In this document: positions 18,501 to 28,259 of the stretch, piece after piece
Layout: every line of letters starts with the position of its first letter
Position numbering within the stretch: the stretch's first letter is position 1
Source of the DNA: an uncultured bacterium
GTDB lineage: Bacteria > Acidobacteriota > Aminicenantia > Aminicenantales > CALLJL01
Assembly (NCBI GenBank): GCA_938092135.1
Contig: CALLJL010000017.1
Span: 62,259-126,258, forward strand
Reading direction: 5' to 3'
Length of the DNA: 64,000 nt
The notes under the pieces: generated by a model
The model's database searches: none
What the model was told of the DNA's origin: nothing
What the model saw: only the letters and a program-made list of their open reading frames with translations
Translations under genes and position numbers: made by a program

Positions 18501-20183
18501 CTAAGCTCTTTTTAAAATTTTTCCGGGAAGAATTTCTTTCTGGTCACCCTCTTCAATGACTAATTGTCCATTGACCATGACGGCCACAATTCCTTCTGAA
18601 AAAACATGAGGAGACGTCCAAGTAGCCCTGTCTTTAATCTTTGAAGGATCAAAGAGGACAAGATCGGCTTTATAACCAGGAGCAACAATTCCTCTATCCT
18701 TTAAACCAAGCTTGACTGCAGGTAAAGAAGTAATTCTTCGAACGGCTTCGCCCAGGGAACAAACCTTCTCTTCTCGGACATAGTGTCCAAGAAATCGGGG
18801 AAAGGAGCCATAACTACGGGGATGAGGCCGAGATTGACTGAGAATCCCAGAAGGTGAGTAGACAGAACCATCACAACCGATAAAAGTATAGGGTAACGAC
18901 AGAATGCGCTTTAGATTATCTTCACTCATGATAAAAGAAATCATTCCTACCTGCCCCTTTTCATCCACCAAGAGATTTCGCAGGAAGGTAAAAATGTCGA
19001 CACCGCTTTCCTGAGCTGCCTGAGCAATTGATTTACCCTGGAGATGGCGATTTTTTTCATTAAGAACTGATGAAATTAAAACTTCATTCCAGGAACCGAG
19101 CTTTTTCTCCTGTTCGGCAAGATGATTCCTCAATTCTGGTTCAAATCGCCTATCCTGAAGTCTTTTTAAAAAGGCTTCCACACCCCCTTCCCTAACCCAG
19201 AGTGGAAAAAAGATGCTTAGTCCTGTCGAAGCTGCCACATAGGGGTATCTATCTATAGTTAAATTCAAGCCTTCATTTCTCGCTTTATTAATTAATTCTA
19301 TAGCCTGATCAATTTTTGGCCAATTGCGACGATAGGCTGTTTTAAAATGGGAAATTTGAACCTTAACCCGGCTACGTTGGCCAATTTCGATAGCCTCCTC
19401 AAGGGCTTCAATGAGCCTATCGCCTTCATCTCTAAGATGGGTAGCATAAAGGCCATTATATTCGGCCACAACCTGGCACAATTCAATAATTTCATCTATA
19501 TTGGCGAAACTCCCGGGAGTATATTCAAGGCCAGTGGAAAGGCCCAGGGCTCCACCCTCGAGGCAGGTTCTAAGCCATCGCTTCATCTGGGCCATTTCCT
19601 GAGGGGTTGGTGGTCGATTATCTTCCCCGATAACAGCTGCCCTGATCGTTCCATGTCCTGATAAGGTTGCATAATTAACCGCCAATCCGCGCTTCTCAAG
19701 AAGCCCCAGAAATCCATTGATATCCTGCCAGGTAAGCTCAAGGTTATATTGCCTCCGAAGATTTTCCTTTTCTTTTTCAAAGAGAGACCCAATGAGAGGA
19801 AAGGGCGAGGAGCCACAATTACCAGATACAAGGGTAGTTATTCCCTGATGGATATGGCTTTCAGCTTTGGGATTAATTAAAAGTTGGACGTCAGTATGGT
19901 CATGGATATCGATGAATCCAGGACAAAGGACATAACCTCGACTATTAATGACCTTTTTAGCTCGCCTCTCCTCAAACTGACCAATGGCTATAATGGAATC
20001 CCCCTCAACGGCTACATCAGCTTCAAAGCCTTCTTCTTTCAATCCATTAAAAATAAGAGCGCCCTTAAAAAGAACATCAAATTCTTGACGGCTCCGACAA
20101 CCCTTGAGCAAAAGATTTGAGCTGGAGGTGGCCGACATAACTAAACTGGAAATTGTAGCCTTAAGAAAAGATCTTCGCTTCAT
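18501..20183 (-). CDS. Amidohydrolase-family N-acyl-D-amino-acid deacylase-like protein with a Tat signal
   Basis: RRSFLK twin-arginine motif and a GFIDIHDHTD metal-binding motif. Confidence 0.65.
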   Translation of the reverse strand: MKRRSFLKATISSLVMSATSSSNLLLKGCRSRQEFDVLFKGALIFNGLKEEGFEADVAVEGDSIIAIGQFEERRAKKVINSRGYVLCPGFIDIHDHTDVQLLINPKAESHIHQGITTLVSGNCGSSPFPLIGSLFEKEKENLRRQYNLELTWQDINGFLGLLEKRGLAVNYATLSGHGTIRAAVIGEDNRPPTPQEMAQMKRWLRTCLEGGALGLSTGLEYTPGSFANIDEIIELCQVVAEYNGLYATHLRDEGDRLIEALEEAIEIGQRSRVKVQISHFKTAYRRNWPKIDQAIELINKARNEGLNLTIDRYPYVAASTGLSIFFPLWVREGGVEAFLKRLQDRRFEPELRNHLAEQEKKLGSWNEVLISSVLNEKNRHLQGKSIAQAAQESGVDIFTFLRNLLVDEKGQVGMISFIMSEDNLKRILSLPYTFIGCDGSVYSPSGILSQSRPHPRSYGSFPRFLGHYVREEKVCSLGEAVRRITSLPAVKLGLKDRGIVAPGYKADLVLFDPSKIKDRATWTSPHVFSEGIVAVMVNGQLVIEEGDQKEILPGKILKRA

Positions 20184-20225
20184 TCCTCACTTTCCTAAAT
20201 CTTTTAATTTAAGCTTTCATATGCG

Positions 20226-21104
20226 TTAAAATAAGTTCTTAAAAGAAAAGAAAAGGCTTAGGGCTATCCCCTCTTTTACCGGATAAATAACTAAGGAAAA
20301 CCTTCTCTTTTCAGGCCGATGGAGGTTAACGACGCCTCGGCCGATAAAATAACCGAGGGCTGAACCAACTAAAACATCGGACATCCAGTGAGCTTCATCA
20401 TGGACGCGAGAAAGGGCAGCCAAGGAAGCTAAGGAATAAGCTAAAATATCGATTATTTGATTATCACTTTCGCCGGCAATTGAGGCCGCTACAGAAAAGG
20501 CGGCGCTCGCATGACCAGAAGGAAAAGAGGTATATCGGTGAGAAGTTGAAAAGGGGTGAAAACTCTGACTTCCTTCCCAGGCATGAGGCCTGGCGCGCCC
20601 GACGAGGAACTTCAAAGAAGCTACGGAAACCGATGAAATGGCCAGGCTTTCCAGACTTAAAAGGGCTGTTCGGCGCCATTTAGGTTTTTTCATGATCTCT
20701 CCAAAGCCATAGAGAGCTCCGCAAAAGCCTAAGAGCCAGCCGCCATCGCCGGCTCGAGTAAAAATTCGGGACAAATCATTACTGAAATCTGAGCGCCTTT
20801 CCGCCACCCAATTAAATATATCTTGATCAAGGGTAAAGAAAACGGTTCCTGTTCCGAAAACAGCAGCCAGATTCATTATATCTGGCCCTTCCCAGTTAAG
20901 GGGGGAAACCAAAAGGCGAAAAAAATCCTGGCCAATTTGAACAAAATAGGCCGGACCAATTCTATCCTCAGTTAAAGAAAGGCTTTTCTGCTCCCTTTTT
21001 TCTTGAAAATAGGATGGCGAAGCTGAAGAGGTTAAAAAAAGGGTTAAAATGGCCAAAATCAAAACTATTAGGACTAGATCCTTCCACTTAAAATAATTGG
21101 CCAT
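20226..21104 (-). CDS. PAP2-family phosphatase
   Basis: The PAP2 motifs KFLVGRARP, FPSGHAS and SRVHDEAHWMSD. Confidence 0.75.
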   Translation of the reverse strand: MANYFKWKDLVLIVLILAILTLFLTSSASPSYFQEKREQKSLSLTEDRIGPAYFVQIGQDFFRLLVSPLNWEGPDIMNLAAVFGTGTVFFTLDQDIFNWVAERRSDFSNDLSRIFTRAGDGGWLLGFCGALYGFGEIMKKPKWRRTALLSLESLAISSVSVASLKFLVGRARPHAWEGSQSFHPFSTSHRYTSFPSGHASAAFSVAASIAGESDNQIIDILAYSLASLAALSRVHDEAHWMSDVLVGSALGYFIGRGVVNLHRPEKRRFSLVIYPVKEGIALSLFFSFKNLF

Positions 21105-21291
21105 TTTTATATTCCTAATTTTTCCCTTTCAACACTTCTAAAATTTTTACTTTCATTTTCTCCCTGTTTTTCTTTTCTTCTGGCTATTTTTTTATTCTTT
21201 TTAATCCCTTCCTCTTTCTTCCTTCTACAAAAAGCTTCCAGGCTCATCTTTCCTTATTTAATCGTCAATCTCTTCCTTTTTTTAATCTCCA

Positions 21292-22581
21292 TTACTTCAT
21301 AAGCTCTTCAATTACGGTTACTGTTCTTTCAGTAGCTCCTTGCAATTCCCTGAGAATAGCTCGGGCTTTTTCCCCCATTCCTTTGAGATTCTTGTCCTCA
21401 GTTTTTAAGAAAACTTCCAAAAGCTCTTTTTCCCCTGAAACCTCAAGGGAAGCTTCTTTTTCGAGGAAATGACGGGCAAGATAAGCAAAGTTCTCCATAT
21501 GAGGACCGAAAATAATGGGCTTACTATAAAAAGCCGGCTCAAGGAGATTATGTCCCCCTCGTTTGATAAGACTTCCACCGATAAAAGTTAAATCGGCTAG
21601 CCAATAAAAAAGGGGTAAATCGCCAAGGGTATCAACAATTAATACCTCCCAGTTTAAATCAGGTGAATCGATGTTATCCTTTCCATTTTTTAACAGCGAC
21701 CATCTCTGCCAACGAAGGGAAAATTGAGAACAGAGGCGGCTAATTTCTTCCCATCTTGGTGGATGTCTCGGGGCAATAATTAATTTGAAGTCTGGCCTTT
21801 GTTGCTTTAACTTTGAAAAGGCTCTCAGCAAAATCAATTCTTCCCCTGCGTGAGTGCTACCGGCAGTAATAATTTTTTGTTGAGGTGAAAGACCAAGCTT
21901 CTGCCGAAAAAGCGGCATCTCCTTTTCATCAAATAAAGGAAGTTCCACTTCTGTTTTAAGGTTGCCACTAATATCTATTTTTTCGTTAGGCAGGTCAATT
22001 TCTAGAAGTCTCTGTTTGTCCGCCATAGATTGAACTAAAAATAGGTCAATTTGATTCAAAATAGGCAGAAAAAGAAACTTGAATTTTTTTATTCGCCGGA
22101 AGGATCTTCGACTTATCCTGCCATTGATAACGATTATTTTAAGACCGTTTCGGCGGGCCATACGGATTAGATTGGGCCAGAATTCAGATTCGGTCAGGGC
22201 TAAAACCCGTGGTTTCAACCTCCTTAGAAAACGATTTAGGCACCAGGGTATGTCGACGGGAATTGGCCATATTAGAGCATTGGAGCCCAGTTTTTCTCTG
22301 GCCAGCCTTATCCCTGCGGGGGTTAGACTGGTAACCACAAATCGCCAGGAAGGATGAGACTGCTTTAATTTATTAAGCAATCTCTGCAACGATAGAACCT
22401 CGCCAACAGAAACGGCGTGAAGCCATAGACAGGGCTGATCAATCCCGGCAGGTGGCAAGGAAAAAGTCAACCTCTCCGTCAATTCCAGTTTTTCTCTCTT
22501 TTTCCATTTGAAACGAAAAAAGAAAATGGGAAGATAAAACAAAAGAAAGAAAAAATAAAGCAAAGTATAAAAATAAATCAT
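21292..22581 (-). CDS. kdtA: 3-deoxy-D-manno-octulosonic acid transferase
   Basis: The WLHAVSVGE motif and a GT-B C-terminal domain. Confidence 0.8.
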   Translation of the reverse strand: MIYFYTLLYFFFLLFYLPIFFFRFKWKKREKLELTERLTFSLPPAGIDQPCLWLHAVSVGEVLSLQRLLNKLKQSHPSWRFVVTSLTPAGIRLAREKLGSNALIWPIPVDIPWCLNRFLRRLKPRVLALTESEFWPNLIRMARRNGLKIIVINGRISRRSFRRIKKFKFLFLPILNQIDLFLVQSMADKQRLLEIDLPNEKIDISGNLKTEVELPLFDEKEMPLFRQKLGLSPQQKIITAGSTHAGEELILLRAFSKLKQQRPDFKLIIAPRHPPRWEEISRLCSQFSLRWQRWSLLKNGKDNIDSPDLNWEVLIVDTLGDLPLFYWLADLTFIGGSLIKRGGHNLLEPAFYSKPIIFGPHMENFAYLARHFLEKEASLEVSGEKELLEVFLKTEDKNLKGMGEKARAILRELQGATERTVTVIEELMK

Positions 22582-22686
22582 TCTATTGGGAATATATCTT
22601 AAAGTTTATTTAGCCGCAATATCTGGAAAAGATATTTCCTTTTTGCTATTTTTATTTTTCTTTAAGATTTCTTTAAGGAGAAAGCG

Positions 22687-22891
22687 GATGGCCTCAGATG
22701 ATAAGGTTCAAACAGAAACTGAAAAAAAGAAAAAGAACAAAAAAATTAATAAAATGACCCTTGAGGAAATTGAAAAAAAAATCCAGGAAGTTCAACAAAC
22801 CCAGGGTGGCCTTAGCTCCATTTATGCCCGCCACTTGCTCCGGCGGCGGGAGGTTCTCCTTGGTCTGAAAAAAGAAAAGGGCAAGCCTTAA
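22687..22891 (+). CDS. Small lysine-rich hypothetical protein
   Basis: An AAGGAG RBS sits before the ATG at 22687. The product is 67 aa and basic. Confidence 0.3.
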
Positions 22892-22967
22892 AGGACTGCC
22901 TCCTTGAAGTTCAATTTTACATTTATTTATATTTCTGTTAGTATAGTTATCAATGAGGAGTTGAAAA

Positions 22968-23234
22968 GTGCTGGATAAAGAGACTAAAAGTAAAATCATT
23001 GAAACTCACCGCCGGAGTCCAGAGGACTCAGGTTCTCCGGAGGTTCAAATTGCTCTTCTCACCGAAAGAATAAATCTTTTGACCAAACATTTAGCTACCC
23101 ATCGTCACGATTTTTCGAGTCGGGTTGGTCTAATGAGACTTGTGGGCAAGAGAAAAAGGCTTCTCGCTTATTTGAAGCGAGAAGACCCAGATCGGTACCA
23201 AAATTTGCTGCAAAAACTTAATCTTAGAAAATAA
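22968..23234 (+). CDS. rpsO: 30S ribosomal protein S15
   Basis: Translates ...GSPEVQIALLTERINLLTKHLATHRHDFSSRVGLMRLVGKRKRLLAYLKR. Confidence 0.9.
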   Translation: MLDKETKSKIIETHRRSPEDSGSPEVQIALLTERINLLTKHLATHRHDFSSRVGLMRLVGKRKRLLAYLKREDPDRYQNLLQKLNLRK

Positions 23235-23256
23235 TTTTATTTTTAGCGGGGGTCAA

Positions 23257-25428
23257 ATGTCCGAAACTATTAGTCTTGAAATTGGCGGCCGCACCATGAC
23301 GATTGAAATAGGCAAAATAGGCCGTCAAGCTGACGGATCAGCCCTGGTCCGTTATGGCGATACCATAATGTTCTGTGCAGCGACCTCCAAGAAAGAAATC
23401 AAAGAACCGCGGAATTTCCTGCCGCTCATCGTCGATTATCGGGAGAATACTTATGCTGCCGGTAAAATTCCCGGAGGTTTCTTCAAGCGGGAAGGCAAGC
23501 CTTCAGAAAGGGAAATTCTGGTCAGCCGATTGATTGATCGCCCGATTAGGCCTCTTTTCCCTTCTGGTTATTATTATGACACCCAGATAGTGGCTCTTCT
23601 ACTTTCAGCCGATTTAGAAAATGAACCCGATACCTTAGGCATAATCGGGGCTTCAGCCGCCCTTTACTTTTCAGATATTCCTTTTTTTACCCCGGTTGGA
23701 GCGGTCAAGGTCGGCTTAATTGATAATCAATTGATTATTAATCCTACTGGCTCGCAGCTTGAGCAGAGCCTGCTAAACATGACTGTGGCTGGTACCGAAG
23801 ATGGTATTGTTATGATTGAAGCAGGGGCCATTGATGTGGAAGAGGAAAAAATTGTTGAGGCCATTGAATTAGCTCAAGAACCAATCCGCAAAATTATCGA
23901 GCAACAAAAAGAACTATATAGACGGCTAAATATTAAAAAGAGAGAATTTGTTCCTCTGGAAATTAACCAGGAAAAATTGCAGACAATGAAGGATAAAATC
24001 TCGGCTGAGCTCCTGGAGGCGATGCAGGGAAAAACAAAAAAGGAAAGAGAGGCTAATGTTGAAGCTATATTCAAAAAACTAATAGAACAAGTTCCCGCTG
24101 AAAATGAAGAGGAGATTGAGGAAATCAAAACCTATTTTTATGAACTGCAGCGCCAGCTTGTTCGTCAACTGATCCTGGATGAAGGCAAAAGAATAGATGG
24201 CCGAGGTTTCGATGATATTCGGCCCATAAGCATTGAAGTCGGTTTGCTTCCCCGAACCCATGGCTCAGCCCTCTTTACCCGGGGGGAAACCCAGTGTCTG
24301 GCCACTGTTACCTTAGGCACCTTTGAAGATGTCCAGATTCTTGATGGTATCGGAGAAGAAGCCGAAAAGAGATTTATGCTTCATTATAATTTCCCTCCTT
24401 TCTCTGTCGGCGAGGTGGCCTTCCTTCGAGCCCCTGGCCGAAGGGAAATTGGTCATGGAGCTTTAGCTGAAAGGGCTATCCTTCCTGCCATTCCGGACGA
24501 AGATAGCTTCCCCTATACGATTCGAATTGTCTCCGATATTCTTGAGTCCAATGGCTCTTCCTCCATGGCCACCGTCTGCGGCGGTGTTCTTTCCCTAATG
24601 GACGCGGGCGTTCCTTTGACAATGATGGTGGCTGGAATTGCTATCGGCTTGGTTAAAGAAGGTGATCGCTATGTTCTCCTCACTGATATTGCTGGCTACG
24701 AAGACCATTTTGGCGACATGGATTTTAAGGTTGCGGGAACTGAAAAAGGCGTAACGGCTATCCAGATGGATTTAAAAATACCTTCCATTTCAACCCAGAT
24801 TATTCACGAAGCCCTGATGAAAGCTAAAAAAGCCAGGGCCATTGTTTTAGAAAAAATGAAGGAAGTTTTACCTGCGCCCCGACCTGAACTTTCGCCCTAT
24901 GCTCCCAGGATAATTACCCTTTTTATTAACCCTGAGAAAGTCAGCGAGGTTATTGGCCCAGCAGGCAAGGTTATTAAAAAAATAATCGCTGCCACCAATA
25001 CGAAAATTGATATTGAAGAAACGGGGAAAATCACTATCGCCGCCCCTAATATGGAAGGAGCTGAAAGAGCCAAACAGATGATTCGAGAAATTACAGTTGA
25101 AGCCGAGGTGGGTAAAGTTTATACGGGAAAGATAGTCAGGCTTGAAGATTATGGAGCTTTTGTCGAAATTCTGCCGAACATTGTGGGTTTACTGCATATC
25201 TCCGAGGTAGCTCATCACCGAATCCGAAATATCAGAGATGTTTTTAAAATTGGCCAAACAGTAACCGTTAAGGTAATCAGCATAGATGAGGACCATAAGA
25301 TTCGATTAAGCAAAAAGGCCCTGGAAGAACCGCCTCCACGGCCAGCTGGAACCAAACCTTGGGGACAAAGAGAGCCGAAAAGGCGTGGCTTTTATCATCA
25401 GCCCTTTAAAAATTTAAGAAAATATTAA
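23257..25428 (+). CDS. pnp: Polynucleotide phosphorylase
   Basis: 723 aa with two RNase PH domains and C-terminal KH and S1 domains. Confidence 0.95.
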   Translation: MSETISLEIGGRTMTIEIGKIGRQADGSALVRYGDTIMFCAATSKKEIKEPRNFLPLIVDYRENTYAAGKIPGGFFKREGKPSEREILVSRLIDRPIRPLFPSGYYYDTQIVALLLSADLENEPDTLGIIGASAALYFSDIPFFTPVGAVKVGLIDNQLIINPTGSQLEQSLLNMTVAGTEDGIVMIEAGAIDVEEEKIVEAIELAQEPIRKIIEQQKELYRRLNIKKREFVPLEINQEKLQTMKDKISAELLEAMQGKTKKEREANVEAIFKKLIEQVPAENEEEIEEIKTYFYELQRQLVRQLILDEGKRIDGRGFDDIRPISIEVGLLPRTHGSALFTRGETQCLATVTLGTFEDVQILDGIGEEAEKRFMLHYNFPPFSVGEVAFLRAPGRREIGHGALAERAILPAIPDEDSFPYTIRIVSDILESNGSSSMATVCGGVLSLMDAGVPLTMMVAGIAIGLVKEGDRYVLLTDIAGYEDHFGDMDFKVAGTEKGVTAIQMDLKIPSISTQIIHEALMKAKKARAIVLEKMKEVLPAPRPELSPYAPRIITLFINPEKVSEVIGPAGKVIKKIIAATNTKIDIEETGKITIAAPNMEGAERAKQMIREITVEAEVGKVYTGKIVRLEDYGAFVEILPNIVGLLHISEVAHHRIRNIRDVFKIGQTVTVKVISIDEDHKIRLSKKALEEPPPRPAGTKPWGQREPKRRGFYHQPFKNLRKY

Positions 25429-25448
25429 AAACGACAAAAATACTGAAA

Positions 25449-25934
25449 TTGAGGTCGCACAAAATTAAAAGAAAAGGATTTACTCTCGTTGAATTACTTG
25501 TCACAGCAGCTATTCTGGCTATTCTGGCCGGGGCCATCTTGCCTATGGCTCAGGTAGCAATAAAAAGAGAAAAAGAAATTGAGCTGCGCCGGGCCTTAAG
25601 AACCATAAGAGAAGCTATTGACGCCTATAAAAAATTGGCCGATGAGAAAAAAATCGAGGTCAAAGAGGATAGTGATGGTTATCCCCCTGACCTTGAAACT
25701 TTGGTTAAAGGCGTAGAAATTACGGAACCTGGCGAAAAAGGCAGACAGAAAAAAGTTGTCGTCCGTTTTTTAAGGAAGATTCCCCTTGACCCCATGACCA
25801 ATTCCTATGATTGGGGATTATTATCTACCCGGGACAAACCCGACTCTGACACCTGGGGAGGGGAAAATGTCTTTGATGTTTATACCAAAAGTCCAGGCCG
25901 AGCCCTTGATGGGACAAGATACCGTGATTGGTAA
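25449..25934 (+). CDS. Type IV pilin / pseudopilin-like protein
   Basis: Prepilin leader and the KGFTLVELLV cleavage/N-methylation motif. Confidence 0.7.
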   Translation: MRSHKIKRKGFTLVELLVTAAILAILAGAILPMAQVAIKREKEIELRRALRTIREAIDAYKKLADEKKIEVKEDSDGYPPDLETLVKGVEITEPGEKGRQKKVVVRFLRKIPLDPMTNSYDWGLLSTRDKPDSDTWGGENVFDVYTKSPGRALDGTRYRDW

Positions 25935-26325
25935 AAAAAGGCCAGGTTTTACCTTGATTGAATTAATAATCGTTTTTACCCTAATAGGTATTCTTGTCAG
26001 TTTAGCTTTACCCCAATATAAATACGCGACAAAAAAAGCGAGGGAAGCTGTCCTCAAGGAAGATCTATATATATTAAGAAAATTGATCGATCAGTATTTT
26101 TCTGATAAAGGCAAATATCCCCCTTCTCTTCAGGCCTTGGTAGATGAAGGCTATTTAAGGCGATTACCGATCGATCCCTTTACAGGTTCCGATAAAACTT
26201 GGGAAGAAATTCGCGAAGAACTTTCAACTGAAGATATTATTAGTGGTCGGGAAGCTGGGGTAATTGACGTTCGCTCCGGTTCCAAAGAAATAGCCATAGA
26301 TGGTACCCCTTATAATACTTGGTAA
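25909..26325 (+). CDS. Type IV pilin / GspG-like pseudopilin
   Basis: Has the GFTLIELIIV motif. The start is uncertain: ATG at 25909 or GTG at 25924. Confidence 0.6.
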   Translation: MGQDTVIGKKRPGFTLIELIIVFTLIGILVSLALPQYKYATKKAREAVLKEDLYILRKLIDQYFSDKGKYPPSLQALVDEGYLRRLPIDPFTGSDKTWEEIREELSTEDIISGREAGVIDVRSGSKEIAIDGTPYNTW

Positions 26326-26327
26326 AG

Positions 26328-26843
26328 ATGAAACTCCAAGTTCGTGGCGTGATGCTCATTATGCTCATCATTCTTATTGCAACTCTAAATATAGGCTTAA
26401 TGGTAGCCGTTCCTGTCTGGCAGACCCAAATTCAGAGAGAAAAGGAAGAAGAGCTTATCTTCCGGGGCCGCCAATATGTAGAGGCTATTCGTCTTTATCA
26501 ATTAAAACATCCCGGTCAATTTCCTAATTCCCTGGATATCCTTTTAAAAGAGAGATGCCTGCGCCGACTTTTTAAAGATCCCATGACTGAAGATGGCGAA
26601 TGGGATTTAATTCTGGCGATAAGCTCTCCCTCAATCCGGGGAGGTAGCGCTCAACGAATAATGATTGCCCCCCCTGAAGCTACCAAAGGGATGGTCAATC
26701 CTCAAATCATTGGGGTCGTCAGCCGGTCCAGAAAAAAATCGATTAAAATTTACAACAATCAAAATTATTATAATCAATGGCTTTTCTATTACGGCCAAGA
26801 CCCCCAGAAAATGCCTGAGATAATTCGCTGGGGTGAAAAATAA
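26328..26843 (+). CDS. Pilin-like / GspG-domain protein lacking the canonical Glu5
   Basis: Hydrophobic N-terminal helix, then a GspG-like region (YVEAIRLYQLKHPGQFP). There is no G-F-T-L-I-E motif. Confidence 0.45.
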   Translation: MKLQVRGVMLIMLIILIATLNIGLMVAVPVWQTQIQREKEEELIFRGRQYVEAIRLYQLKHPGQFPNSLDILLKERCLRRLFKDPMTEDGEWDLILAISSPSIRGGSAQRIMIAPPEATKGMVNPQIIGVVSRSRKKSIKIYNNQNYYNQWLFYYGQDPQKMPEIIRWGEK

Positions 26844-26849
26844 TAGACA

Positions 26850-28007
26850 GTGAATTCAATTCTTATAGTCGCCGGTGAAAATTCGGGTGAAAAATATGGC
26901 GCTGATTTAATCCGAGCCTATTTAAGGCTAGATCCTCAGGCTAAATTTTTCGGTATTGGCGGCCAAGAAATGGCCGCTTGTGGCGCTGATATCCTCTTTC
27001 CCATTGAAGAATTAAATATTGTTGGGATTTACGAAGCTATTGTCAGCTACCCCAGAATCCGACGGATGCTTTCTTGCCTTAAAGAAGAAGCGCTTAAAAG
27101 AAAGGCCCAGGCGGCAGTCCTCATTGATTCACCTGATTTCAACCTCAGGCTGGCCAGGCTCCTTCATAATGTAAATATACCAGTTCTTTATTATATCAGT
27201 CCTACCATCTGGGCTTGGAGGCCAGGCCGTCTTAAGCTAATTAAGCGCTTTGTGAATAAAATGTTGCTTATTTTTCCTTTAGAAAAAGCCATATATGAAA
27301 AAGCTGGGATACCCGCAGTTTATGTAGGCCATCCTCTTCTGGCTCGCTTAAAAACAAAAATGACTCGTTCCGAATTCAGGCTTAAATATAAATTGCCTGA
27401 AGAAACCCCTTTAATTGCCCTCCTTCCCGGGAGCCGACCTTCTGAGATAAAAAATCATGGGTCGATTATTAATAAAGCATTAAAACTAATAAAAGCTAGA
27501 ATAAAAGCCAGCTTCATCCTTATCCAAGCTAAAACCGTAGATAAAAAAGTAATCGAAAAATTTTTCAGGCCAAGCGATGATCTTATTATTTTAGCTGAAG
27601 ATGAAGATAAATACGATGCCATGGCCTCCTCTGACCTTGTTCTCGCCGCTTGTGGCACAGCTAATATGGAAGCCTGCCTCCTTGAAGTTCCCCTCATTGC
27701 CTTTTATCGAATTTCTCCCCTTATTTATTCTCTAGGTAAAAAACTCGTTAAAATCGATACTTACAGCATAGTTAATATTTTAGCTGGAAAAAGGGTTGTG
27801 CCTGAACTTATTCAATCGCAATTTACGCCGGAAAAAGTATCAACCGAAGTTATTGAACTTTTATCATCTCCAGAAAAAATTGGAGCGATGAAAAGGGAAT
27901 TCAGGCTCATTCGCCAGCTCCTCGGTGAAGAAAAGGCGCCCCTTCGAGCCGCGGCTGAGCTTAGCCTTTTAATTGACCAAAGTCAAAAACAATTTTCTAA
28001 AACTTAA
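26850..28007 (+). CDS. lpxB: Lipid-A-disaccharide synthase
   Basis: GTG start. The N-terminal ILIVAGENSGEKYGADLI is typical of LpxB. Confidence 0.85.
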   Translation: MNSILIVAGENSGEKYGADLIRAYLRLDPQAKFFGIGGQEMAACGADILFPIEELNIVGIYEAIVSYPRIRRMLSCLKEEALKRKAQAAVLIDSPDFNLRLARLLHNVNIPVLYYISPTIWAWRPGRLKLIKRFVNKMLLIFPLEKAIYEKAGIPAVYVGHPLLARLKTKMTRSEFRLKYKLPEETPLIALLPGSRPSEIKNHGSIINKALKLIKARIKASFILIQAKTVDKKVIEKFFRPSDDLIILAEDEDKYDAMASSDLVLAACGTANMEACLLEVPLIAFYRISPLIYSLGKKLVKIDTYSIVNILAGKRVVPELIQSQFTPEKVSTEVIELLSSPEKIGAMKREFRLIRQLLGEEKAPLRAAAELSLLIDQSQKQFSKT

Positions 28008-28168
28008 AATTCGATTAAATTTAGATTAATTATTGAAAAGCAAAATTAAAATTGAGATTTTAAAAATCCTCGTTTTAAAATCTTTTTCAAAAATAAATAA
28101 GAATTCACCAGCAAAAACATATTGATTTTGAAATATATGGCTTTTAAGGTGAGATTTAAATAAGTCAT

Positions 28169-28222
28169 GGAAAGGAAAGGAAAGGAAAGGAAAGGAAAGA
28201 AAAGAAAAGAAAAGAAAAGGGA
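28169..28222. repeat. Pentanucleotide microsatellite (GGAAA)6(GAAAA)4
   Basis: Read directly from the sequence. It lies between the convergent 3' ends of lpxB and the yitJ-like gene. Confidence 0.9.
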
Positions 28223-28259
28223 AAAAACCGAACTATTTTTACCTCAAAATTTAGGAAAG

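Noticed and set aside
22694-22999. Minus-strand 101-aa ORF between kdtA and rpsO
   Set aside because: The product is low-complexity and overlaps both the RBS-supported plus-strand small ORF and the rpsO start.
28169-28222. A CRISPR array
   Set aside because: The repeats are contiguous 5-nt units with no spacers. This is a simple microsatellite and not a CRISPR array.
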